64,000 bases of DNA, from positions 4,712,001-4,776,000 of the forward strand of contig NC_081396.1 of assembly GCF_030684315.1 (NCBI RefSeq). Direction: 5' to 3'. Within the stretch, counting starts at the first letter, position 1; every line of letters starts with the position of its first letter. The translations under genes were made by a program, and so were the position numbers. The notes beneath the pieces are model-generated. The model had not been told where the DNA came from and did not search any database. It saw only the letters and a program-made list of their open reading frames with translations. Shown here piece by piece: positions 51,616 to 62,770 of this stretch. Source of the DNA: Stegostoma tigrinum. Taxonomy: Eukaryota.

Positions 51616-53667
51616 ATATGTTATTCCATAGTAGCTCCTCAACAGTTTGTCTGATTCAAGAGGACTATCAAAGTGCATTTAATTAATTTGTGAAATATTA
51701 TTTCTACCGTGAAATGACTCTACAACTATTCGTGGTTGCTGAAAGGTGTTAATAGTTAACATGGTTTGTGTACTGTCAAACAGTTGGTCTGTATTGTCCT
51801 CGTTAGTGTCGAGCTGATGGTATTCTGCTGCCTTGTGGTGTGGAGGTGGTGTCCCTGAGTTTGAGATATGTGGCCCGTGTTCAATTCCAAACTGTTGCAG
51901 TGGTACATAATGCCATCTAAATAACAATTTAAATTGGAAATTAAAAACACTTCGATTTCTTTGAGTGTTGACGGAATTCCAAAAACAGATGCCTGCTTCA
52001 ATCGCTGACTTACACAGTAGATGGAATTTGGGTGGGGAGGGGGAATGGGGGTGATAGTTTTATATTAAATAAAAACAATGTTTGGCCATGGGATTTGAGC
52101 GTCACGAGTGGGGTTAATTCAGTTCTGCCCCACAGAAATACCAGCTTCCGGCTTGCTCTTCTATCAACAGCATTAGTAAGAATCCCACTGTTAATGGTCT
52201 CAAAGAATACTTGAGGTGATAATATTGAGCTTATCTTAATTTTATTCAATCGAGCATTCTATCTGAACAGGAGAGTTAGATTGTTCAGGAGGATAAGGTT
52301 TCCACTGTATCCATCACTTGCAGCGAATAGTCGCAGATATTCAGTTAATCTTCAGATTATGCCTCAGTTCGTCCAGTACCTTTCCTTCGAACACTTTTTT
52401 TACAGCAGAAACCATGTTAACACATTCAGAGTCGAACCCAGTCGGTGTGAGTTCCCATGCCAGGAAAAAATGAAAACGTTTTGCTGAAGCAAGGTGTACT
52501 GGGCTCGAAAGTGTATCTTTTTGTTCTCTCTTTAGGAGCTGCGGGAACTGCTGAGTTTCATCAGCAATTTGCTATCTTCATTTTGTTTCAGATGTCGAGC
52601 ATTTTTGTTTCTTTTTCAAGAAAAAATTCTCTGTTGTCAGTGAAACGGTGTAAGTTGTTCACAGAGAAAATATGACAATAAACTAAGCATTTTCAGTGAT
52701 ATTTCATATCTGATAATCATTGAATTTAAGTAACCTAATCGGGAACCGTAGTTTCAGAAGAAATATTGTCAAAAAATAGCAGAGGTTGGCGGCTGCTATA
52801 ATTGTGCAGAAGTTATTTTGACCACTTAAATGGGGAATGTCGATGCTTCTATTCCAAATAATCAACGAGAATTTTTTTTTAACAAAATGTTTTCAAGCAT
52901 TGTTTTGCTGAATATTTTTCGCAAAGATTCTGACTGCCAGTGACAACCTGACATTTGGCACAATGATAGGAGGATAGTGACAGACGTAGGGCAAACAAAC
53001 TCTCAAACACGTCCACTATTTAATCAAATCTTGTTGGACTTGTGTCCAAACTCCATGTGCCTGCATTTTGCCAAAAAAATTAACATTTGATCATCAAAGA
53101 AAATCCATCCAAAACTTATTGATTAGATTGCATTTAACAAAGTGTCGCGCCATTTCTGAATGACATTTCTCTGATTATTTAATTTTCCATAATGAGGCTC
53201 TGTTGAATTGCTTATGAGAAGAAACTTTAAATTTCTGACAATTTCCGATTTTAACATCACAGTCAAGTTCGTCAGAATATTTTAATTAAACATTGTATTT
53301 ATATATTACTGGCAAGAGTACTGTATGGTTACAAGGCCAGAAATGAGGAAACATTCATTCCCATTAAAGAATGAAGAAACTATTCTGTTCCTTCAGTAAA
53401 AACATGGTGAAACCACACAGAAGGAAACCGACTAGCGTGTCATCCTTGAATGGGCGTTCAACAAGTCCCTCAAATTCGTTTCAGTCCTGACAATGGGTAT
53501 TTCTGTCTCTCGAGAGATGGGCAAGTGTCAGAACTCTTACATCTCCTTGAGAAGTTTGAAGTCAACAGCCTACACAGAATTGCTACTCTTGATATGACAA
53601 CAGTCTGTCTGCAGCATTTTAGAAAGCGAGGTCAATAATTGTGATCCTGAAATAGGAAATGTCAGAG

Positions 53668-54114
53668 AAATAATTGCAAGCGAGTTATGAGAAGATTTGT
53701 AGTTCAGGTTGAGGTCCTGGATGTAAGTTTGCTCGCTGAGCTAGAAGTTTCGTTTTCAGACGTTTCGTCACCATTCTAGGCAACATCATCAGTGAGCCTC
53801 CGGTGAAGCACTGGTGTTATGTCCCGCATTCTATTTCTGTGTTGAAGTTTCGTTGGTTTGGTGATGTGATGTCCGGTGTTGATGTCATTTCCTGTGTTGG
53901 TAAAGAACAGGAAATGACATCACCAACACAGGAGATGGCACCAACACAGGAAATTACGTCACCAACTCAAGGAAGCCGAAACACACAAATAGAAAGTGGG
54001 ACATCACACCAGCGCTTCACTGGAGCCTCAGTGATGTGACCAAGAATGGTGACGAATCATCTGAAACCGAAACTTCCAGCACAGCAAGCAAATTTACATA
54101 CAAATATTTGCAAG
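53668..54114. mobile_element. Second Penelope-derived inverted-repeat element (same family as 48971-49320)
   Basis: Arms inverted about ~53900. Minus-strand hammerhead motif 53759-53792, decayed plus-strand copy ~54025-54065. Internal ACAGGAAATGACATCACCAAC-type repeats. Flanking direct repeats AAATA(A/T)TTGCAAG at 53668-53680 and 54102-54114. Confidence 0.78.
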
Positions 54115-54369
54115 TTAAATCAAGTGTGATTTCGAACTAAACTTTCAAGTAAGCACTTGCTTGCTCGTGCGCTCTTGTCCTCAACATTTGCAGCTTTGAG
54201 ACGTGCTGCCAAAAGAATATGTGGAGATACTAATTAGAAGTCGATGAAGGTCTCTTAGATACTTTAGAATTCCAATCATTTCATAAGACTATGATACTTC
54301 TTGTGCTCCACAGTCCTTCTAACGCCCCATAAAATTTAAAGTAGCTGTTTACCATACGAATATAGTATG

Positions 54370-55430
54370 GTGAACCTCTGGAGTTTTCTGCCACAGAAAG
54401 TGTTTGAGGCAAAAAAAATGAAATACTTTCAAGAACGAACTTTTTTTTCAGAGATGAAAGAAACAGTGGGTCTCAGCTCAAATATGAACAGAGCATAATG
54501 TTCAATAACGAAACTTGAAAACATTGAATGATGTGGAAGCTTGGAATGACAGCAAAATTAGGCGTCAGGTCGGGCGTGAAAAGTTCTCTAAAAGCTCAAC
54601 AGGATTATGATTAGCAGGATCAATAAGCAGAAGAATGACAGGCAGAGATTACCTTAAATGAATGCGTGGTGTCGTATTTTGGACATGAATAACACAGTTA
54701 ATGGTTGGGTACTGAGGAGTGCAGTCGAAAACCGGGAGCGAAGAGTTCAGGTACATCGTTCCTTTGAAGTGTTGCTACCAATGGACTGCTGATGAAGGCG
54801 CTTTGCACGCTTGTATTGATTGATCAGAGCATTGACTGTCAGACTCGATGCGTCAAGTTCCTGCTTTACCCGACATTCGTGAGGCCACGTTTAGAGGACT
54901 GCATTTCGGTCTTGTCACCGTGCTGCACGAAAATTCTTGGTAATTGAGAAAAAGTGCAGAAATGTTTTGCCAAATGTTACTTGAGGTTTTGAGAGATGGG
55001 ATGAGGTTGTTCACGCTGGATGTTTCTTTTAATCCATTGATTTTAGAAAAATAATTTGTGAGTCGAGAGACGTTTGTATCATCACCGGAGAAGCAGATAA
55101 TCAGAATAACAAAGGTTTCCTATTCTCCTATTTCAAAGGAGATCAAAATTACATGCCTTTGCTTTAAGTTGGAAAAGGAAGTTTTAAAAGGGACCTGTGG
55201 GAAACCTTTTTCAAGCAGAGGCTGGTACGTATATGAATGAACTGGTAGAGGAAATGGTAGATACAGGTTCAGTTACAACTTTGAAAAAAAAACATTTCAA
55301 CAATACATGCACCAAATGCAGGCGAATGGAATACCTTTAATTTGTGAATGCTGTCGGCATGCGTGATTTGGACTGAAGGGTCGGTTGTTATACTGTATAA
55401 CTCGATAATTCTCTGACTCAGTTATAGAAC
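54370..55430 (+). mobile_element. Decayed CR1 3' fragments in the J-C intron
   Basis: GTGAGGCCACGTTTAGAGGACTGCATT (VRPHLE motif), followed by C-terminal and 3'UTR signatures. Confidence 0.6.
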
Positions 55431-57862
55431 AGGCTCGACATTCGAAACTGATGAGTCAGTGAAGGGATAGAGTGTGAGCTGGTCGGCTTTGATGTGTTGA
55501 GTTGCTACTGCATGAGCTGGCACGCAAATAGCTTGGCAGTTCAGAATCCAGGCAAACGACTATGATTATGAGGAAACGGTTTCACTGAGACGTGCTAGTA
55601 AGTGAGTGTGTCAATTTACTGGAAAACTAGTCACTGTTTAAGGTGCCAAGCTAGTTTGTTGACAGACCAGCAGTATGTGGGATTGTTTGGATGATAGATG
55701 ATGACAATAATGAAATGGTAGGAGGTCATCATGCACAATGTGAAGCTCGCAGTTTGTCAAAGTGTCAGGCGGTAAACAACGGATGAGAAGAGAGGTGGGA
55801 TGGAATGTTCGCGGCTAAGATTGGAGTTAAATTTTCGAGGTTTTGAGATCATGCATAAAGAAGTTGTGTCCTCACTTCGGTGAAAGGTACCTGACAGGGG
55901 CAGATACAAATGGACCATGTGCAGAGTGGCAGAAGGGGAATTAAGGAATCGTGTGTACATGTCCAGCTGGAATAACGATTATCTTGGAATGCGTGGTGTT
56001 GCGTGGAAAGGATTTCATGCATGGCAGAGCGAGTGGATTTGTGACAGTATGGGGGTTATCAGTGCCAGGGGAGGTTCAAGACAGAGTGAGAGAGAGTGGT
56101 GATCTGACTGAGAAATTCAGAGCTTTGCAGTGAATTGAGTGTCAATTGAATCATTCCTTGCGAAATGTTTCACAGTAAACCATAGTTCACCAAAGACTCT
56201 GATCATGAATGGAGGAACACATGTTTTCAGAGGCCTCCAGAATTCAGATAATTGCCCATGATCACTTTGAACTTCTATTCAATTGGCATGAGGTCAACTT
56301 TGACACATATTCTCAGAATTCGCATGCTCCGCTCCTCTTGGCGCTGCTGCAGCAACGTTCTTCTGTGATAAAAATATTCTGACTTGCATTGACAGTAGAA
56401 AGAGAGTTTCCCAACGCACTTGTGCCAAGGATATTCACTCTCCCAGAAGAGTGACTTTTAATATTTCTCTTCATAATGTTATTGTCACTGCTGAATCCTG
56501 CATCGTCAAAATACTAAGGGCTGTCATTTTAAAAAAAGACATGAATTCCCATGCAGAAGCTTTGGCGAAAAGAGCAAAATATGTGCTAGACATTTTCAGC
56601 AAGTCATTTTTCTGCTGTCTACAAATGCCTGCACACCATCGACAAGACACTGGACAGTAATGAGTCGGAATAATGTCTACTCCTGTGGATGAGTGGAACT
56701 TGAATAGTGTTTAATAAACGTGCAACATTCAGAACAATGGAATGCACTTGTTTGCAAGCCCATTTATCATGTGCAATATTCACTTCTTTTCTTCAAATGC
56801 AGTGGGACCGTTGTGGGATATCTACGAGCTAGACTGTAGAAAATCAGCTAGTTTCCTTCCCTTGCAGATTTTGATCCCACCACCTATAACACCGTGAGGA
56901 ATGGGGCAGCAAATGAAAGACATCACAACCAACTGTAACTCATTCTCTCCGTGTAACAATATTGGGGCTTCTTCACAACTGTTAGGCCAAATATTCTACC
57001 ACTCCCGTCCAAGGAATACCATGAGTACCTGCTTTGTAAGGTCTATAATGGTGGAAGAAAGCAACTGCCCTGCACATCCCCATGGATAAAAAGAAACATG
57101 CAAAGAATGTGACTGGAGACAGCAATGCCGACATCACATGCACAAAACTAATCAAACAATATAAGGGCCAAATATTTTCTTTTACAAACTCGGCAGTTGT
57201 CTGTCCTTCACTGCTTGTCTGGTGTTGCACTTTGAAGTCTCTACCATGAGGGCATATACTGCCAACACAATATTCTCTATCTATTCCACTTGGTGTTCAA
57301 ACTGGAAGAACGTTAAATTATCAGTCAAGATTCTGTGGCATGGCAGCATCAAACAACAGAAAGAGCGCGGCATCACTGATTTACTTCCTTAATCCAAGAC
57401 ACTTAATGGAGTCAGGAGTCATTGTTGATCGCTGCCTTGCAACTCTACCCCAACTGGCTGGCAATGCCCTGCCACTTCAGATGGATATGTCTGGCAGATG
57501 GAATGGGTTTTTTTTAAATGGTAAAACAGATCAAAGTTGTTGGCTTGCAAACACCTAATTTCCTTGCAGACAAATCACTTTTCTGTAATGTTAGACAGGA
57601 ATTAGTTGGAATGGGTTCACTGTGAGTCACACAACACAGGAAATGATAAAAGTTGCTTCAAAGTCTTACGTCATCAGGTTTTTATGATTGTTTCATTGTG
57701 ATCCTGTAGTGGGGATTACCCAGTCACTTGTCAAGTTTCGTCAATTTAAAGATCTTTGGGCGCATGGGGAAACTGATGTCGTATGAGAGGCAGTGCTCAA
57801 TTTTAACAAAATGCTCACACAAGCACAGTCATAGAAAGGACAAGACAATTTAACTTTCACAG

Positions 57863-58049
57863 NNNNNNNNNNNNNNNNNNNNNNNNNNNNNNNNNNNNNN
57901 NNNNNNNNNNNNNNNNNNNNNNNNNNNNNNNNNNNNNNNNNNNNNNNNNNNNNNNNNNNNNNNNNNNNNNNNNNNNNNNNNNNNNNNNNNNNNNNNNNNN
58001 NNNNNNNNNNNNNNNNNNNNNNNNNNNNNNNNNNNNNNNNNNNNNNNNN
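57863..58049. other. Assembly gap in the J-C intron
   Basis: Run of N. Confidence 1.
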
Positions 58050-58175
58050 CTGAGGAAGGATCACCGAACCAGAAAATTTAAGAACTCTCTCCTTGGATGT
58101 TGCCAGAGCTGCTGAGTTTTTCCAGAAATTTCTCTTTTGGTTTCTCATTTGCAGCACTTGTTGTATTTTAGGTTT
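58050..58175 (+). mobile_element. Decayed short Penelope/hammerhead-family element abutting an assembly gap
   Basis: CTGAGGAAGGATCACCGAACCAGAAA...GATGTTGCCAGAGCTGCTGAGTTTTTCCAG matches the 19.1 kb family. Similar decayed copies at ~2524-2650, ~29330-29460 and ~52484-52610. Confidence 0.55.
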
Positions 58176-58379
58176 TATTCAATTGAACTCCTCCTCTATT
58201 CAGTTGTAGTCCCAACTGAAATATCAAACTTGTTCTTGAGAAATTATTTTAAAACTGAATGGTGATGGGATTCAAGTGTTTTTATTCCTTCGTTAAAACA
58301 GATAAGACGTGCTCCTGGAGAGCAAAGTAACAGATCATGACCAACAAATGACATAAAGCAAAACTAAGCTGAATTTATG

Positions 58380-58690
58380 CTGCTCAAGAGAACCAGTCTC
58401 CCTTTCATCCTTGGGCGTCTGTCTGTGCTGATTTTGCACATTCTCCCCATGTCTGCGTGTGTTTCTGCCGGGTGTTCCCGTTTCCATCCACAGTCCAAAG
58501 TGTCCAGGTTAGCTGGAACGGCCATTCAATATTCCTCAAAGTGCAAAGGGGTATGTATGTTCGGTGGCTTAGTCATGAGAAATTCAGTGTTAGTGGGGAG
58601 GTGACTGGTTCTAGTTGTGCTGCTGTTCGGAGCGGCAGTGCGGGCGTGCTGCACTGAATGATCTGTTTGCACACTGCAAGGATCCTATGA
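58380..58690 (+). mobile_element. Decayed HE1/V-SINE just upstream of Cmu1
   Basis: TTTGCACATTCTCCCCATGTCTGCGTGTGTTTC...CCACAGTCCAAAG V-domain. Tail ends ~40 bp before the Cmu1 acceptor. Confidence 0.72.
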
Positions 58691-58732
58691 ATTAACAGAG
58701 TCTAACTTGCTTAATCCGACATTCTTTCCCAG

Positions 58733-59029
58733 TGACTCCATCTTCCCCGACGCTTTATGGTCTAGTCTCCTGTCGTGAACACAGCACTGATAACTCTGTG
58801 ATTTTTGGTTGTTTGGCGATGGACTATTCCCCCGACGTCACTACTGTGACCTGGAAGAAAGATGGGACGCAGATCACGACTGGATTTAAGACATACCCAT
58901 CGGTGAGAAACAAGAAGGGAACTTATACCCTGAGCAGCCAGTTAGCACTGACTGGTGCAGACGCGCATTGTGGAAAAGTCTACTGTGAGGTTCGACACAG
59001 TGGGTCCGACAAGAGCACTGAAATACAAT
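58733..59029 (+). CDS. IGHM: IgM constant domain 1 exon (Cmu1)
   Basis: Acceptor ttctttcccAG ending 58732. 297-nt phase 1-1 exon: (V)TPSSPTLYGLVSC...VIFGCLAMDYSPD...TWKK...TYPSVRNKKGTYTLSSQLAL...YCEVRHSGSDKSTEIQ. C1-set motifs characteristic of shark mu CH1. Donor GTAAGT at 59030. Confidence 0.96.
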
Positions 59030-59099
59030 GTAAGTATTGTGGGAAAGTGGTAGACAGATATGTGTGCTTTACGCAAATATGGTCTTATTCATAACACTT

Positions 59100-61600
59100 T
59101 TAACAGAATCCTAGGATCTATACAGCAGAGAGGATGGCCCCTCGGCCTATCTCGTACATACAAAAGAAAACTACCCATCTATTCCAGCCCATTTGCCCAC
59201 ACAGAATGTATTGCCTTGTTGAATTAGCATTGCAAGTGTAGGCTTCAATATTTCTGACATGATATGAGGGTTTCAGCTTCAACATGACTCACAGGCAATA
59301 GCTCCAATTGCAACATTGTCTGGATGATTTATTCCATTCAAAACATCTTGCCTTTATCTCAAAACTATGTGGCTTATTGTGAAGTTTGGATAATTTAAGT
59401 TACTGGGAAAGGCTCAGTTCGATCCATTAATTTCCCAACAGATGTTAAGTCTGGAGACCTGACAGAAGATTTTTTTTAAATCATTAGCAATATAGACAGG
59501 GTGAACAGTCAAAGTTTTTTTCGCCACGGTCGGGAAATCCAAAACTAGAAGGCATAGGCTTAAGTTCAGAAAGCAAAGATTTAGCAGGGACCATGCAAAC
59601 AGTGATATGTGAATGGATTGAGGTGCCAGAGGAATTCGTGGAGTGCAATGAGATAATTTAAAAGCTATCTGGATGGGAACATGAATAGGAAGCATTTAGA
59701 TGAACATATGCCAAATGCTGGCAAATGTTACTAGATTACTTTGGGATATTTGGTCACAATAGATGTGGTACACTGACGTGTCTGTTCCCATGCGATACAT
59801 GTCTCCGATTCTGTGACTTTTTGAGAAGTCATAGAGCTCCAAACGGTAGGTGGGCATGCACACAAAAGAATCTCAGGCATCTCAGGATTCCACTCTTTGT
59901 AGTGTTAAACATTGCATGTTCTTTTTAAGGATGCATGGATCACCTCAACCTTAGCCAGAATGATTTCCAGTTTCCATAAGCAGCCCTTCGTGCCAGTCCT
60001 TCTTTATTCTACTATACCGCACAATCTTTGAATTCACTACTTACAGCTCAACATTTTTTATTTCATCTGTGAAACTTCTGATCAACACTTCTAGATTCAA
60101 GTCTAAGTATTTTATAGACATCACACACAGTAAGAATATTTATACTGATCCTCACAGAGGATCATTCGTCACAGAGCTCCAGTCGCATAAACACACCACG
60201 ACCATCGGCCTCCAATTCCTTCCACTCAGCCAGTTCTGGAACCAATTAGACATTTCCTTTTCAGCTTCCATTTGCTCTGAGCTTTGCTGTCATCTTCCCA
60301 CTTGGCATCTCCTTGAAAGCTCCTTTCGAGTTCGTTCGGCATGATTTCCCTTGAATTAAAAAAAAGCCGAAAATGTTTGATTAAACTCTTCCAAATGAAG
60401 ATTTATTGTGTTCTGAGGAATTGCTTCCGATATTTTCCTCACAACTGAGTTGAGTTTGACTGTCCTCTGGTTCCATGCTTTATTCTTTGTTTCATCTTGC
60501 TCCATGGTATACCTTTGAATGACTGACAGTCATTTCGGATATACCCCGTGGCTAAAGAGGAAATCAAACATAATGCTATCACCTCATGCACTACCTTTTG
60601 TTCCTCACAAAACAGCCCTGGATATTTTTAATCTGCCCTGTAATACAAAAAAAATGAGCATTCACTCATCGAATGCAGATTTTTGTAAGCAAATCACGAC
60701 TGTTCCCCATGATGTTCAGGGCTCATTGCGTTTTTCATCACATGTCATTTCATTGTTGGAACAGGTTGGCCTTTTCGTCTTTCTGTTTCCTCCCTGAATG
60801 CGTCCAACTGTTTTGACTCAAATTTAAAATTAAGTGTCGATCTTAGTTCACTCTGGTCAAATTGTACCCTATCATATTAAATTTGGCCTTCCCATATTTC
60901 ATAACTTTGGTTCGGATCTTTGCCTATTGCTTTCTAGGACAATTATGAATCCAATGGGTTTGTCATCATTCACTGGAAAATGTTTCTCCTTTCATACATT
61001 GAGCACTTCGTCAGCCTCAATGCCTAAAGTTAAGCGGAGGTGCAGTGTCTCTTGCAAGGCGTTTTACAGGCTGAGTTTAAAATCTCAATTTCTCAATTCT
61101 GCACCTTCTGGACATTTGAAATGATGAATTTCAAGAAGTTGAAATCCTTACAATGATTACCCTATTTACGTACACCTGTCTGAAAATATGCTGGAGGTAT
61201 CCATACTCATATCTCTCGGACCAGTCGAGGAGCCTTTCTTGCACTCCTCATCGACATTTTGCTTTATTTTGGTTTTTAAGTACTTTTCATTTGTCTTCAT
61301 TTGAGGATGTATCTACGATTTCATTCCTCTTTACTACTGAAAACATCCTGCTCAATATTGCAACAGACACCACCACCTCACCACCGCTCCCCACCCCGCG
61401 TCCATTTTATAACTTCCCACAATTCGTCTGAAGGAGACATCTCCTGGAATAATGTGCCCTCTCCCTCTCTCAACATATCTCCATGATGTCACTACTTAAT
61501 TTCCTCATTGTTCTCTTAAACTCGTCGGAATCTTTTCATTGATTTGACTGATGTATAATTTCTGCACCATATTTCGGACTTGCTATTTCTTCAAATTTTG
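59100..61600. mobile_element. Mosaic of decayed CR1 fragments filling the Cmu1-Cmu2 intron
   Basis: CR1 3' end on minus (~59100-59390), 3' end on plus (~59400-59820), long decayed minus-strand ORF2 remnant (~59960-61600). Confidence 0.5.
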
Positions 61601-61762
61601 GTACTTCCTATCAACTTTCTTCTCTTTCTGACTGAATTCCAGATATTGCCGTCTGTTTTCTGCATAATTCGTATCTTTGTAACGTTTAGGCGAACACCGA
61701 AAGAAAATTGTTGACTCTATTTTTTCCCAAATCAGATAACTTGCACGATCTGTTTTCTTAAG

Positions 61763-62077
61763 GTCCAAACGGTGGTGTCCCTCCGAGTGTTCTCCTTACT
61801 GTGAGTTCCAGTGAAGAAATCGAGAGCAGGAAAGTTGCAACCTTAGTCTGCTCAATCTTTCACTTCAATAAAAAGGATATCTCCGTGGTTTGGTTGAAGA
61901 ATGGAAGAGTGGTAAATTCTGGTGTCTTTACTTCTCCTGCGTGTGAAGCGAACGGAAACTTCTCAACGACCAGTCAGCTGAGAGTGTCTTCTCGTGAATG
62001 GTTCGACAGAGCAGTCTACACATGCCAGGTCGAACATGAAGGGCACAGTCAAAGTCACAACATCACCGGACCTCAGG
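61763..62077 (+). CDS. IGHM: IgM constant domain 2 exon (Cmu2)
   Basis: Acceptor tgttttcttaAG ending 61762. 315-nt phase 1-1 exon: (C)PNGGVPPSVLLTVSSSEEIESRKVATLVCSI...VWLKNG...NGNFSTTSQLRV...EWFDRAVYTCQVEH...NITGPQ. Donor GTAAGA at 62078. N-glycosylation sequons NFS and NIT. Confidence 0.95.
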
Positions 62078-62269
62078 GTAAGAGATGCATTCCGACAGAA
62101 ATGATACTAATTGTGACCGCTGATGCAAAACAAAACACTTAATTTATCAAGCGGTGTGAAAAGCATGAAACAAGTTCGAATTGAGATCATGCAGTGTGTA
62201 ACTCAATTCATTGTGAGTTTTACGGAAGCATTGTTCATAATTCAAATCAGAGAAAGGTGCTTCCCTCTA

Positions 62270-62770
62270 TATTGACAACATATGAGAGTTTACGAGATTC
62301 ATTTGTTGTTTGACAATACTTGGAGAGGGAGTGGAAATGCAGAATCCATTGCTGGTAACGGCCTCAAGGATAAGGAGATTGTGGGGAGGGGAGCCATCGA
62401 GAAGTGATCTCATTGAAACTTAGGAAACACTGACAGACCGAGACAGGGTGTATGTGGAGAAGCTGTTTTCACGAATATGTTGACTAGGACCCGACGACAA
62501 ACCCTCAGCCATAGGGAGGACCATATAGAGCGGAACCAAAGAGGATAATCTTTGCCCAGGAAGTGATGAATCCATGGATATCTCTACCCCAGGGAGCTGT
62601 GGAGGTAAAGTCATTGAAATCATTTAAGATAGGGGTAGATTGGCTGGTGCTCAGTACCGGGAGAAGGCGGGACAATGGGTTTGAGAAACACATCAGCCAT
62701 GATCGAATGACACAGCAGACTTGATTGAACCTTCTGATTCTGCTCCGAAATCTTTCGGTTTTGTGGTCGG
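62270..62770 (+). mobile_element. Decayed CR1 3' end downstream of Cmu2
   Basis: GAAGTGATCTCATTGAAAC (RGDLIE), GACAGGGTGTATGTGGAGAAGCTGTTT, CATGGATATCTCTACCCCAGGGAGCTGTGGAGG, TCAGCCATGATCGAATG. Confidence 0.65.

Noticed and set aside
55448-55475. CTGATGAG as another hammerhead
   Set aside because: No stem II followed by GAAA downstream.
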